Source: Anaeramoeba ignava BMAN
Taxonomy: Eukaryota; Protista; Anaeramoebae
Reading direction: 5' to 3'
DNA: 64,000 bases
Assembly (NCBI GenBank): GCA_028826165.1
Contig: JAPDFW010000064.1
Coordinates: forward strand, 186,001-250,000
Made by a program: the position numbers and the translations under genes. Below the pieces are notes generated by a model, which ran no database searches, was not told the DNA's origin, and was given only the letters and a program-made list of their open reading frames with translations. Of the stretch, positions 1-11,332 are shown piece after piece; position 1 is the first letter of the stretch; every line of letters begins with the position of its first letter.

Positions 1-596
1 AGCTATTCTATTATCTGGATCATCTGGATTAGGTTCCTTTTTTTTTTTTTTTGTTTTTTGTTTATAAATATGAATTTTAATTTTGTTTTTGTTTTTGTTT
101 GAAATTTTTAAAATTAAATTAAAATCATTTACTAAAAACATAAAAATAAGACCAAAAATAATTGAATTTAAATCAAGAATTGGATTCCATTCACGATCTA
201 AAATATTCAAACAAGGATAACCATTTTCATCAATATTAGGATGAAATATCTTTGTTTCACAAAAAACTTTTGGAGGAGAAACTGGATAATTTTGTGGAAT
301 TTTAAAATCAAAAACAAATGAACCATTTTTATAAAATCCTTCAAGTGGAGTAATGATAACTTTAAAGTGAGAAAAATCTTCTTTTTCAGGAAATTCAATT
401 CTCACTTCTTCTATTTTTTCAATTGCTTGTAAATCTAAATTTTAATTTTAGTTTTAATTTTATAAATAAATCTTAATTTGGAATTTTATAAATAAATTTT
501 ACCTTTTTGGATTCTGTCTTCTCGAGTTTGAGATTGCTTTTCTTCTTTTGTTGGTTCTTGTTTTCTTTCTTTTTTTAATTCAATTAATTTTTGCAT
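1..596 (-). CDS. UBC12: NEDD8-conjugating E2 enzyme Ubc12/UBE2M-like (3' end runs off the window); exons 596-503, 434-133, 36-<1
   Basis: Manual splicing at GT-AG gives MQKLIELKKE...RIQKDL...EGFYKNGSFVF...YPVSPPKVFCETKIFHPNIDENGYPCLNILDREWNPILDLNSIIFGLIFMFL|EPNPDDP, with the HPN motif, catalytic Cys and basic N-terminal extension typical of Ubc12. The ORF track misses the true frame. Confidence 0.88.
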
Positions 597-688
597 TTTA
601 AAAAAATGAGAAAAAAAGAAAAATGAAAAATGAAAAAAAAATTTTTAATTTAATTTTGAAAAAATTTCTCTTTAAAAAAAAAAAATAA

Positions 689-1544
689 TCAAATATCAAA
701 AAAATCATTGTTCTTATTATCATTTTCAATTTTATGATCATTATCAATAATTTTCTGAATTGAATTTAAATTGGAATAATTTTGAGTTGTTTTTTCTTTG
801 ATAATTTCAGCATTAGAAATAGCATTTTTCAAAATATTTTCAACTTCTTGAACATCATGAAGATAACGGAAACCAATAGCAATAAGATAAGCAGCATAAG
901 GATTAGGTTTTTCTCGTGCAAAAATCAAATCACCAACACCACCCTTTTCTTTTATAAACTGATAATTCAGGTAAATCAGTTAAATTCCACATTTTAGATT
1001 TATTTGGAATTTCAAGAAAAAATTCCATATTATAATTTCCAAAAATATAAACTTTTTGATCAGTTAAAACATATAAAGTTTGAAGCCTTAAATCCACTGA
1101 ATTAATAATTAAGTAATTTATTGGAATCGAACCAGCTGCTTGAATAAGAAACCACCAAACGGAAAAATTTCCTGATTTCAATGTATAAAAAAATCCAATT
1201 AAAACTAATAATATTCCAAAACTATTTATTCCTATTATTGTCCATACAAAAACTTCAATGCTTTCTTTGATTGCTGTTGGGAAACTTATAAATTGCATTT
1301 TTTCTTCATCTGGTATTTTTTCTTTGCAAATTTTTTGAAATTTTGAATCAATCATTTCAAATCTTGATTCCGCATTTTTTTCTTTAAGAAATTTATCAAG
1401 ATATTTTTGTTGTTGAAAAAGAAGTCTGAAAAAAATATAAAGTGAAGCTAATGATTGTGAAGTTCCAATTATAAAAAGAAAGAAAGAAATAACTGAATAA
1501 TTATTATTATTATTACTATTAGTATTATCAACTGAAGATTCCAT
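689..1544 (-). CDS. Three-TM membrane protein with C-terminal bacterial-type PH-like domain; one apparent frameshift at about 943
   Basis: ORFs 930-1544 and 689-928 join if one G of GGG (942-944) is removed, giving YKRKGGVGDLIFARE. Motifs TLYVLTDQK, GDLIF and IGFRYLHDVQEVE resemble bacterial membrane-flanked PH proteins. No introns. Confidence 0.6.
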
Positions 1545-1619
1545 AAATAAAAAAAAATGAAAAAAAAATGAAAAATTTAATTTTTTTATTTTTTATTTTT
1601 TCTTCATTTTAAAAAAAAA
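1545..1619. promoter_or_regulatory. 75-bp bidirectional promoter with outward-facing TCATTTT (Inr-like) motifs
   Basis: Divergent ATGs at 1544(-) and 1620(+). The left half has AAAATGA twice (TCATTTT on the minus strand) and the right half has TTCATTTT. Confidence 0.6.
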
Positions 1620-3775
1620 ATGAATTCAAATTTAAATTCAAAACAAGGAAATAATGATATTTGGTTTTTGGGTCAAAATTATTTTGTTTCACTTACAAAA
1701 GATAAATCACAAAAAATTGCAAAATTTACTCAATTAATTTTACCTCAATTTAAATTTAAAAACCAAAATCAAAATCAAAATCAAATTGAAAATCAAAATG
1801 AAATTGAAAATCAAAATCAAAATCAAATTGAAAATCAAAATCAAAATCAAATTGAAAATCAAAATGAAAATGAAAATCAAAATCAAAATCAAATTGAAAA
1901 TCAAAATGAAATTAAAAATGAAAATGAAAATGAAAATCAAAATCAAAATCAAAATCAAAATCAAAATCAAAATCAAAATCAAAATGAAAATCAAAATCAA
2001 AATCAAATTCAAAATGAAAATCAAAATCAAAATCAAAATCAAAATCAAAATCAAAATCGAAAATCAAAATCAAAATCAAAATCAAAATCAAAATCAAAAT
2101 CAAAATCAAATTATAAAATTAGAAACAAATGGATTTATAATTGTTCTACTTTTTGAAAATGGAAAAGTAATTGAATGTTTACAAGATCTAGAAAATGATT
2201 CAAATCAAAATCCTCAAGAAATTGAAATTGAAAATATTCAAAAAGTAACTGTTGGTTTTTCAACTTTTGGAATATTAACTTTTGAAGGAATTGCATTCAA
2301 AGCAACACCACAAATTAATTCCGAATTTGCAAATCAATTTATCAATATTTCATCATTAATTGAAGATGCAAATGATAGAATAATTCAAGATATTGTTTCT
2401 GGAGCTAATTCATTTTACTTATTAACTTCAAATCAAAATGCTTATGGAATGGGTTCAAATAGGCATGGTCAACTTGGTTTTGATTCTGAAACACTTGAAG
2501 AAACAGAAAAACCAGTTTTAATGATGAAAAATGTTTCTAAAATATTTACAGGAAATTCTTCAGGAACTGTTTTTCTTTTAAATTCAAATCAAGAATTGTT
2601 TGGATGCGGATATAATAAATATGGTCAATTAGGGATAGGCTCAAAAAGTTTAAATGAAAAATTAACCAAAATCCAAAATATTCCAAAAGGCAAAATAATT
2701 GATATCAAAACTGGATTAAATCATTCAATAATGTTAATTGAAAATGAAAATGAAAATGAAAATCCAAAAAGAAAACTTTATTCATGTGGAGATTATGAAT
2801 CAAATGGAATTATTAATCATAATTCAAAAGAAGATATCACAGAATTTACTGAAATCAAATTATCTTTATTTGAAAATGATGATATTATTGATTTTTCTGT
2901 TGGAGGTGCTCATACTTTGATTTTAACATCCAAATCAAAATTAATAAGATTTGGGAATGATTATGGAATTCCACACAATTCTGGAGATACATATTATCGA
3001 CCAATACCTATTCAAATTGAACTTCCTAATTTAAGATTTAATGAAGATATTTCTAATTATCATATTTCTTGTGGTTCTTTCAATTCATTTCTTTATTATT
3101 CTCCTTTTCTTTCTCCTTTTTCCAATCTTGAAGAAGATTTGATAAAACTATTTAGAAGAAAAGAATTTTGTGATATTTCATTTAAAACCAAAAATGGAGA
3201 AATAATTGAAGCTCATAAATTAATATTGAAATATAGATTAAATCAAAATCAAAAACAAAATCAAAAAATGGAATTGAAAAACTTAAAGAAATTATTTCAA
3301 AAAATCAATTAAAGAATCAAATCAAATATTTGAAATGATTTATTCAAACAATTCCAAAATAAATCCAAAATTATATTCTGAAATTAAAGAAATTATAAAT
3401 TCAAATGAAAAAATTGAAGAAACAATGAAAAGAATTTATTTAAATGAAAATGAAAATGAAAAAGATTTTATAATTGAAAGAAAAGAAAAACAATATAAAT
3501 TTCCAAAATTAATATTAATAATGAGAAGTGAATTATATCGAGGAATGTTTTTATCTGTAACAGAAGATAATTCTAATAAAGTTACAGATTATAGTGAATT
3601 AAGTAATAAATCATTTCAAATATTTGAATATTGGATTTATTCAAATCAAATTAAAGAAGATATTCAAATTACACAAGAAATAATTAATGAAATTCAAATT
3701 GGAATTGATTATTTTCAATTAAATGAAACAAATCCAAATTTATTTGATTTATTAATTAACAAATTTAATAATTAA
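1620..3775 (+). CDS. RCC1-repeat / BTB-BTB protein, paralog 1 (frameshifts at about 2060 and 3250-3300)
   Basis: RCC1 blades (GSNRHGQLG, GYNKYGQLG, SVGGAHTLIL), BTB start FCDISF...IEAHKLIL, second BTB-like KDFII...FPKLILIMRSELYRGMF...FEYWIYS. Colinear with the two downstream paralogs. Confidence 0.85.
1762..2110 (+). repeat. Coding hexamer microsatellite (AAAATC/AAAATG/AAATTG)n encoding poly-NQ/NE
   Basis: Directly visible; lies within the first blade region of paralog 1. Confidence 0.95.
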
Positions 3776-3952
3776 AATCAAAATTCAAATTAAAATTAAA
3801 ATTAAAATTATAATTAAAATCAAAATTAAAATCAAAATTAAAATTAAAATTAAAATTAAAATTAAAATTAAAATTAAAATCAAAATTAAAATCAAAATTA
3901 AAATTAAAATTAAAAATAAAAATTAAAATCAAAATTAAAATTAAAATTAAAA
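3776..3952 (+). repeat. (AAAATT/AAAATC)n spacer between RCC1-BTB paralogs
   Basis: Directly visible; a similar spacer lies at 5990-6090. Confidence 0.9.
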
Positions 3953-3974
3953 TTTCATTTTTCATTTTTCAAAA

Positions 3975-5995
3975 ATGAATGATTGTTTATTTTTTGGTAA
4001 AAATCAAAAACCAACTCTTTTAAAAAATGAACGAGAAAAAATAAAAAAACCAATTCAATTTAAATTTGAAAATGAAAATGAAAATGAAAATGAAAATGAA
4101 AATGAAAATGAAAATGAAAATGAAAATGAAAATGAAAATGAAAATGAAAATGAAAATGAAAATGAAAGTGAAAATGAAAATGAAAGTGAAAATGAAAATG
4201 AAAATGAAAATGAAAATGAAAATGAAAATGAAAATGAAAATGAAAATGAAAATGAAAATGAAAATGAAAATGAAAATGAAAATGAAAATGAAAATGAAAA
4301 TGAAAATGAAAATGAAAATGAAAATGAAAAACAAATTAAACAAATTTCAACAGGTGATTTATCAACAATTTTCCTTTTTAAAAATGGAAAAGCAATAGAA
4401 TATTTAAAAGAAAATGATTCAAATCAAAATCCTGAAAAATCCAAATTGAAGAAAATATTCAAAAAGTAACTGTTGGTGGTGATGATGAAGCTATTTTAAC
4501 AATAGAAGGAAATGTATTTGCCAAAGGATATAATATTAATCCAGAAAATCCAAATGAATTTATCAATATTTCATCATTAATTGAAGATAAAAATGATAGA
4601 GTAATTAAAGATATCTTTTCTGGATTTAGTTCAATTTACTTATTAACTTCAAATCAAAATGCTTATGGAATTGGTAATAATTCTTTTGGTCAACTTGGTT
4701 TTGATTATGAAACAATTTCAGAGGCAGAAAAACCAATTTTAATGATGAAAAATGTTTCTAAAATATTTTCAGGAAGTGATTCTGGTAATATTTTTCTTTT
4801 AAATTCAAATCAAGAATTATTTGGATGTGGAAATAACGAATATGGTCAACTTGGATTAGGAGAATCAAAAAAAGAAGAGAATATTCAAAAATTAACCAAA
4901 ATCCAAAATATTCCAAAAGGTAAAATAATTGATATTCAATGTGGAAGGGGGCATTCGATAATGTTGATTGAAAATGAAAATCAAAATGAAAATCCAAAAA
5001 GAAAACTTTATTCATGTGGAGATTCTCAATTTAATGGACTTGATAAAGATCTAGGTACTTATGAATTTACTGAAATCAAATCATTTTTATTTGAAAATGA
5101 TGATAATATTATTGAAATTTCTGTTGGATGTGATCATACTTTGATTTTAACATATAAAGGGAAATTAATAGGATTTGGAAATAATCATCATGGTCAATTA
5201 GGAACTAAAGATACAAAAGATCAATTAATTCCAATTCAAATTGAACTTCCTAATTTAAGATTTAATGAAAATATTTCTAATTATCATATTTCTTGTGGTT
5301 CTTTCAATTCATTTCTTTATTATTCTCCTTTTCTTTCTCCTTTTTCCAATCTTGAAGAAGATTTGATAAAACTATTTAGAAGAAAAGAATTTTGTAATAT
5401 TTCATTTAAAACCGAAAATGGAGAAATAATTGAAGCTCATAAATTAATATTGAAATATAGATTAAATCAAAATCAAAATGGAATTGAAAAACTTAAAGAA
5501 ATTATTTCAAAAAAATCAATTAAAGAATCAAATCAAATATTTGAAATGATTTATTCAAACAGAATAATAAATCCAAAATTATATTCTGAAATCAAAGAAA
5601 TTATAAATTCAAATGAAAAAATTGAAGAAACAATTAAAAGAATTTATTTAAATGAAAATGAAAATGAAAATGAAAAAGATTTTATAATTGAAAGAAAAGA
5701 AAAACAATATAAATTTCCAAAATTAATATTAATAATGAGAAGTGAATTATATCGAGGAATGTTTTTATCTGTAACTGAAGATAAATCAAATAAAGTTACA
5801 GATTATAGTGAATTAAGTAATAAATCATTCCAAATATTTGAATATTGGATTTATTCAAATCAAATTAAAGATAAAATTCAAATTACACAAGAAATAATTA
5901 ATGAAATTCAAATTGGAATTGATTATTTTCAATTAAATGAAACAAATCCAAATTTATTTGATTTATTAATTCACAAATTTAATAATCAAAATTAA
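3975..5995 (+). CDS. RCC1-repeat / BTB-BTB protein, paralog 2 (one-base deletion at about 4438)
   Basis: ORFs 3975-4469 and 4742-5995 join through the open frame IEENIQKVTVGGDDEAIL. Same architecture as paralogs 1 and 3. Confidence 0.87.
4068..4330 (+). repeat. Coding (GAAAAT)n microsatellite, about 43 copies, encoding poly-EN
   Basis: Directly visible; the same position in paralog 3 has about 5 copies. Confidence 0.95.
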
Positions 5996-6133
5996 AATTA
6001 AAATTAAAATCAAAATTAAAATTAAAAATTAAAATTAAAATTAAAATTAAAATTAAAATTAAATTTAAAATTAAAATTAAAATTAAAATAAAAACCCAAA
6101 AATTCATTTTTTTCATTTTTTTCTTTTTTAAAA

Positions 6134-7911
6134 ATGAATGATTGTTTATTTTTTGGTTCAAATCAATTACCTACAATTTTCGAAAATGAACTAAATAAAA
6201 TAACAAAAACAATTCAATTTGAAAATGAAAATGAAAATGAAAATGAAAATGAAAAACAAATTAAACAAATTTCAACAGGTTGTTTTTCAACAATTTTCCT
6301 TTTTGAAAATGGAAAAGCAATAGAATACGTAACTGAAAATCCTTCAAAAATCAAAATTGAAGAAAATATTCAAAAAGTAACTGTTGGTTGTTCAAATGAA
6401 GCTATTTTAACAATAGAAGGAAATGTATTTGTCAAAGAAGAAGATATTAATCCACAAAATCCAAATGAATTTATCAATATTTCATCATTAATTGAAGATA
6501 CAAATGATAGAATAATTGAAGATATTGTTTCTGGAGCTAATTCAATTTACTTATTAACTTCAAATCAAAATATTTATGGAATTGGTTCAAATGAATATGG
6601 TCAACTTGGTTTTGATTCTAAAACACTTGAAGAAACAGAAAAACCAATTTTAATGATGAAAAATGTTTCTAAAATATTTTCAGGAAATTCTTCTTATCAT
6701 ATTTTTCTTTTAAATTCAAATCAAGAGTTATTTGGATGTGGAAATAACGAATATGGTCAAGTTGGATTAGGAGAATCAAAAAAAGAAGAAACAAAAATCC
6801 AAAAATTAACCAAAATCCAAAATATTCCAAAAGGTAAAATAATTGATATTCAATGTGGAATGTTTCATTCAATAATGTTGATTGAAGATCAAAATGAAAA
6901 TGAAAATCCAAAAAGAAAACTTTATTCATGTGGAGATTCTCAATTTAATGGACTTGGGAGAAGGGAAGATACTTATGAATTTACTGAAATCAAATCATCT
7001 TTATTTGAAAATGATTATATTATTGAAATTTCTGTTGGATGTGATCATACTTTGATTTTAGCTTACAATTCAAAATTAATAGGATTTGGAGATAATTCTT
7101 ATGGTCAATTAGGAATTGAAGATACAAGATTAGAATCAACTCCAATTCAAATTGAACTTCCTAAATTAAGATTTAATGAAAATATTTCCAATTATCATGT
7201 TTCTTGTGGATATTATGAATCATTTCTTTATTATTCTCCTTTTCTTTCTAATCTTGAAGAAGATTTGATAAAAACTATTTAGAAGAAAAGAATTTTGTAA
7301 TATTTCATTTAAAACCGAAAATGGAGAAATAATTGAAGCTCATAAATTAATATTGAAATATAGATTAAATCAAAATCAAAATGGAATTGAAAAACTTAAA
7401 GAAATTATTTCAAAAAAATCAATTAAAGAATCAAATCAAATATTTGAAATGATTTATTCAAACAGAATAATAAATCCAAAATTATATTCTGAAATCAAAG
7501 AAATTATAAATTCAAATGAAAAAATTGAAGAAACAATGAAAAGAATTTATTTAAATGAAAATGAAAATGAAAATGAAAAAGATTTTATTATTGAAAGAAA
7601 AGAAAAACAATATAAATTTCCCAAATTAATATTAATAATGAGAAGTGAATTATATCGAGGAATGTTTTTATCTGTAACAGAAGATAATTCTAATAAAGTT
7701 ACAGATTATAGTGAATTAAGTAATAAATCATTCCAATTATTTGAATATTGGATTTATTCAAATCAAATTAAAGAAGGAATTCAAATTACACAAAGAAATA
7801 ATTGATGAAATTCAAATTGGAATTGATTATTTTCAATTAAATCAAACAAATCCAAATTTATTTGATTTATTAATTCAGAAATTTAATAATCAAAATCAAA
7901 ATCAAAATTAA
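6134..7911 (+). CDS. RCC1-repeat / BTB-BTB protein, paralog 3 (extra A at about 7272 and about 7793)
   Basis: ORFs 6134-7282 and 7353-7805. Paralogs read ataaaacta and caagaa where this copy has one more A. Corrected stop is TAA at 7909-7911. Confidence 0.87.
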
Positions 7912-7926
7912 AATCAAAATTAAAAT

Positions 7927-10261
7927 TTATTTTTTCTTTTTTGGATTTTTTGCTAAATAAAGTTGATAATCAAACCATTTAAAAGCATTTATCAAACTTG
8001 GTTTAAAATGAATTGAAGTTGGAAAAACTCCCCAAATTCTATCAATTGAATAAAGATTAAAATATTCAACAATTTTTTTTGGAGTTAAAGCATTAGAAAG
8101 GTCTTGTTTATGAACCAAAATTAAAATGACACAATCAACTAACATTGGATCATTAAGGAAAGTAAGAAAAAATTCTCTTGCTTCTTCTAATCTTTCATGA
8201 TCTTTACCATCAACAACAAAAACAAAACCATCAGTATTATCATAATAACGTCTCCATAAGGGTCTAAGATTATAACTTCCTCCAACATCCCAAACATTAA
8301 TTTCATTAAAGAAATTTGATGACTTCACAGGCTCAACATTAAAGCCTAATAACAAATAAACATTTTTGGATATTGAATATTTTTAAATATTTTTAAATAT
8401 TAAATATTTTTGAATATTTATTTTTGATTTACCAACTGTTGGAATAGTTGTTAAAATTGTACCAAGTTTTAATCTATATAAAATTGATGTTTTCCCTGAT
8501 GCATCTAATCCAAACAAAAGAATCCTTACTTGTTTAGCTTTTTGCCAAAATTTCCTTTTAGGAATTTTAAGAAAATCATTTTCAGAAAGAACATTTGGAT
8601 GAAAAATACAATCTTCATAACAAAACATTTTTGAAAAATATGCTTTTTTCCATCCATAATCTAAATTTTTAGGATCATTAATAATTTTACGATCTTTTTT
8701 TGCAGGTTGTCCAAATTGATTAATAAAAATATCTTGCCAAATCCAATTATGTGATGCAATTTTATTAAATTCCCAAGAAGTAAGTGTTAAAAGAATGATA
8801 TTATTTCGAGGTAATAACGAAAGAATTTGAATAATTTGTTCTGGTGGAAGAACCCAAAAATTTCCTAATGATTTTTGATATCGAATCTCTTCTTCAATTT
8901 CTTTCTTTTCAATTTCTTTTCTATTTTGATTTGAATTTTGATTTAAATTTTCATTTGGATTGAATTCTTCTTCTTTTTGTAAAGTAATAAAGCATGAATG
9001 AATCCATCCACATCCACAATATTTAATGGAATATTCATCTGGAATATTGATTCTCATTGGTTTGTTTAATGCTTCTATTTCTTTCTCGTTTGAATTTTGA
9101 TATTCAATCCCAAGTTGTCCAAATTTATTCACTCCAACTGAATATCCCTTTCCTTCTGAATCTAAAAAAATACAATAACTAGCTCCATATCCTCCATTTG
9201 CGAAAATATTTGTTATTTTCACATTTATGTCTGAAATAATCTCAACAAATTCCGTTTGGTTTTCTTTTTCTGGAATCCCGATGGATATTCCTCTTCCACA
9301 AACATAAACTTTCCCTTCTTTATTTAAAAGAATACTTTGAACATCTCCACATTTGATATTTTTGATTTCTCCAATGTTTTTTGGTAATTCAACTAATGTT
9401 GGGATATTTCTGTCATTTAAATCTCCCAAACCCAGCTGTCCGTTTTTGTTTTTTCCACATGAATATAATTGATTAGTTTTTGTTAATGCAATAAAATGAT
9501 AACCTCCTCCACTTATTTTTTTGATTGAATTTGATAATTTTGAAATTAGTTCAGGCTTTGATCTTGATTCATTATCACCAACACCTAATTGTCCATTAGA
9601 ATTTCTTCCCCATGAATATAAATTTCCTCTTTTAACAGTTTTTTTTTTTTGTTAAATATAAATCCAAATATTTTTAATTGAAAAAAAAATGATTTTTTTC
9701 AAATTATATTTACTTGAAATCTATAGCAAAATTAAAATCACTTCCTGTCGAAATTGATTTGATTTTTTCAGAAAATTCAAAACGAATAAAATCAATTTTC
9801 TTTTTTGGATTTGTTTGAAAAACTAAGTTAGTATAAAAAACTTCTCCATTCACAAGAACAAGTAAAGATAAAGTTCCACAATAAATCATTTGGATATTTT
9901 TCTCGATAAAATTATTGATTGGAATAATAAATTGTGATCTTTTTTGAATTAGTTTTTTATCATTTTTATTTTGAGCATTAAGTTTTTGAATTTTGATTTG
10001 ATTTTCTTTTTCATTTTCTTTTTGATTTTGTTGATAACTTGGTTTTGAAGTTAAAAGTGGAATTCCCCATAATAAAATCTTTCCTGATTTAAATCCCAAA
10101 ACAGTAATTGATGAACCACAAGAAATTCGAATTATTTCATCGTTATTTGCAATTTGATTAATAATTGGTGTTATATTAATTGGTTCATAAATTATTTTTG
10201 AAGGTGTTCCTTCATAAAGAATTGCATTATTTTGATTTGAACCACAAATAAAAATATTCAT
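7927..10261 (-). CDS. RCC1-repeat / F-box / Arf-family GTPase fusion; exons 10261-9714, 9628-8433, 8345-7927
   Basis: Splicing restores FAIDFK|[15 protein letters not shown] (RCC1) and TIPTVG|FNVE (Arf switch I). F-box: [14 protein letters not shown]...[14 protein letters not shown]-loop [25 protein letters not shown]. Confidence 0.9.
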
Positions 10262-10287
10262 TTTGAAAAGAGAAAGAAAAAAATGAA

Positions 10288-10688
10288 AAATTTAAAATAG
10301 AAATTAATAATAATTTATTTATAATTTATTTTAAAATTATATCAAAATATTTAGAAAATTGATTAAAACCTTAATATTTATTATTTCAAAATTTATATTT
10401 TATTTATTAAAAATTTTAATATATTTTTATTTCAAAATTTAAAATATAAATTAATAATAATTTATTTATAATTTATTTTAAAATTATATCAAAATATTTA
10501 GAAAGTTTATTAAAACCTTAATATTAATTATTCCAAAATTTATATTTTATTTATTAAATATTTTAATATATTTTATTTCAAAATTTAAAATAGAAATTAA
10601 TAATAATTTATTTATAATTTATTTTAAAATTATATCAAAATATTTAAAAAGTTTATTAAAACCTTAATATTAATTATTCCAAAATTTA
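10288..10688. repeat. About 2.7 tandem copies of a 146-147 bp AT-rich unit in a divergent intergenic region
   Basis: Anchor AAAATTATATCAAAATATTT recurs at 10333, 10480 and 10626. Confidence 0.85.
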
Positions 10689-10774
10689 TGTTCCTTTTTA
10701 CCTTCTTTTTATTTTTTTCATTTTTTTCATTTTTTCATTTTTTTCATCATTTTCATCATTTAATTTTTTTTCAA

Positions 10775-11225
10775 ATGCAATCAACAGATCCAAATATTAA
10801 AAGACTTCTTCAAGCAGAACAAATTGCAGCTCAATATATTGAAGAAGCCGAACAAATTAAAACTGAAAAAATTAAATCAGCAAGAACAAAAGCACTTGAA
10901 GAAATATCAGAAATTCGAGAGAATGAAGTTCGAAAATTTGAAAAATTCAAAAAAGAAGTAATTCAAAATATATGCTTTAAAATCATTTCTTAATCTCTAA
11001 CTTTATTCTTTCCTTCTTCAATTTTTTATTTCAAATGGGATATAGCATTTGGGATCTACTTCACAAATTGAAGAAAAATCACAAAAAGAAACTGAAGAAG
11101 CAATTAAGAAAATTTTATCTTATGCTGATAAGAATCGAGATACTGTTATTGATTTATTGTTAAAAAAGGTCGAAGATGTTGATATTTCTTACCAAGACCC
11201 AAATAATGAAGAAAAAAAAAAATGA
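10775..11225 (+). CDS. VMA10: V-type ATPase subunit G; exons 10775-10957, 11046-11225
   Basis: MQSTDPNIKRLLQAEQIAAQYIEEA...KSARTKALEEI...|HLGS...KNRDTVIDLLLKKVEDV matches the subunit G pattern and length. Confidence 0.88.
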
Positions 11226-11332
11226 CTCACTTTAAATTTTCTTTTATGAATTGAATTAATTCTATTACAATTTTTAATTTCAAAAATAATAAAATTTTTT
11301 CCAAATCAACTTTTTTTTTTAAATTTGATTAA

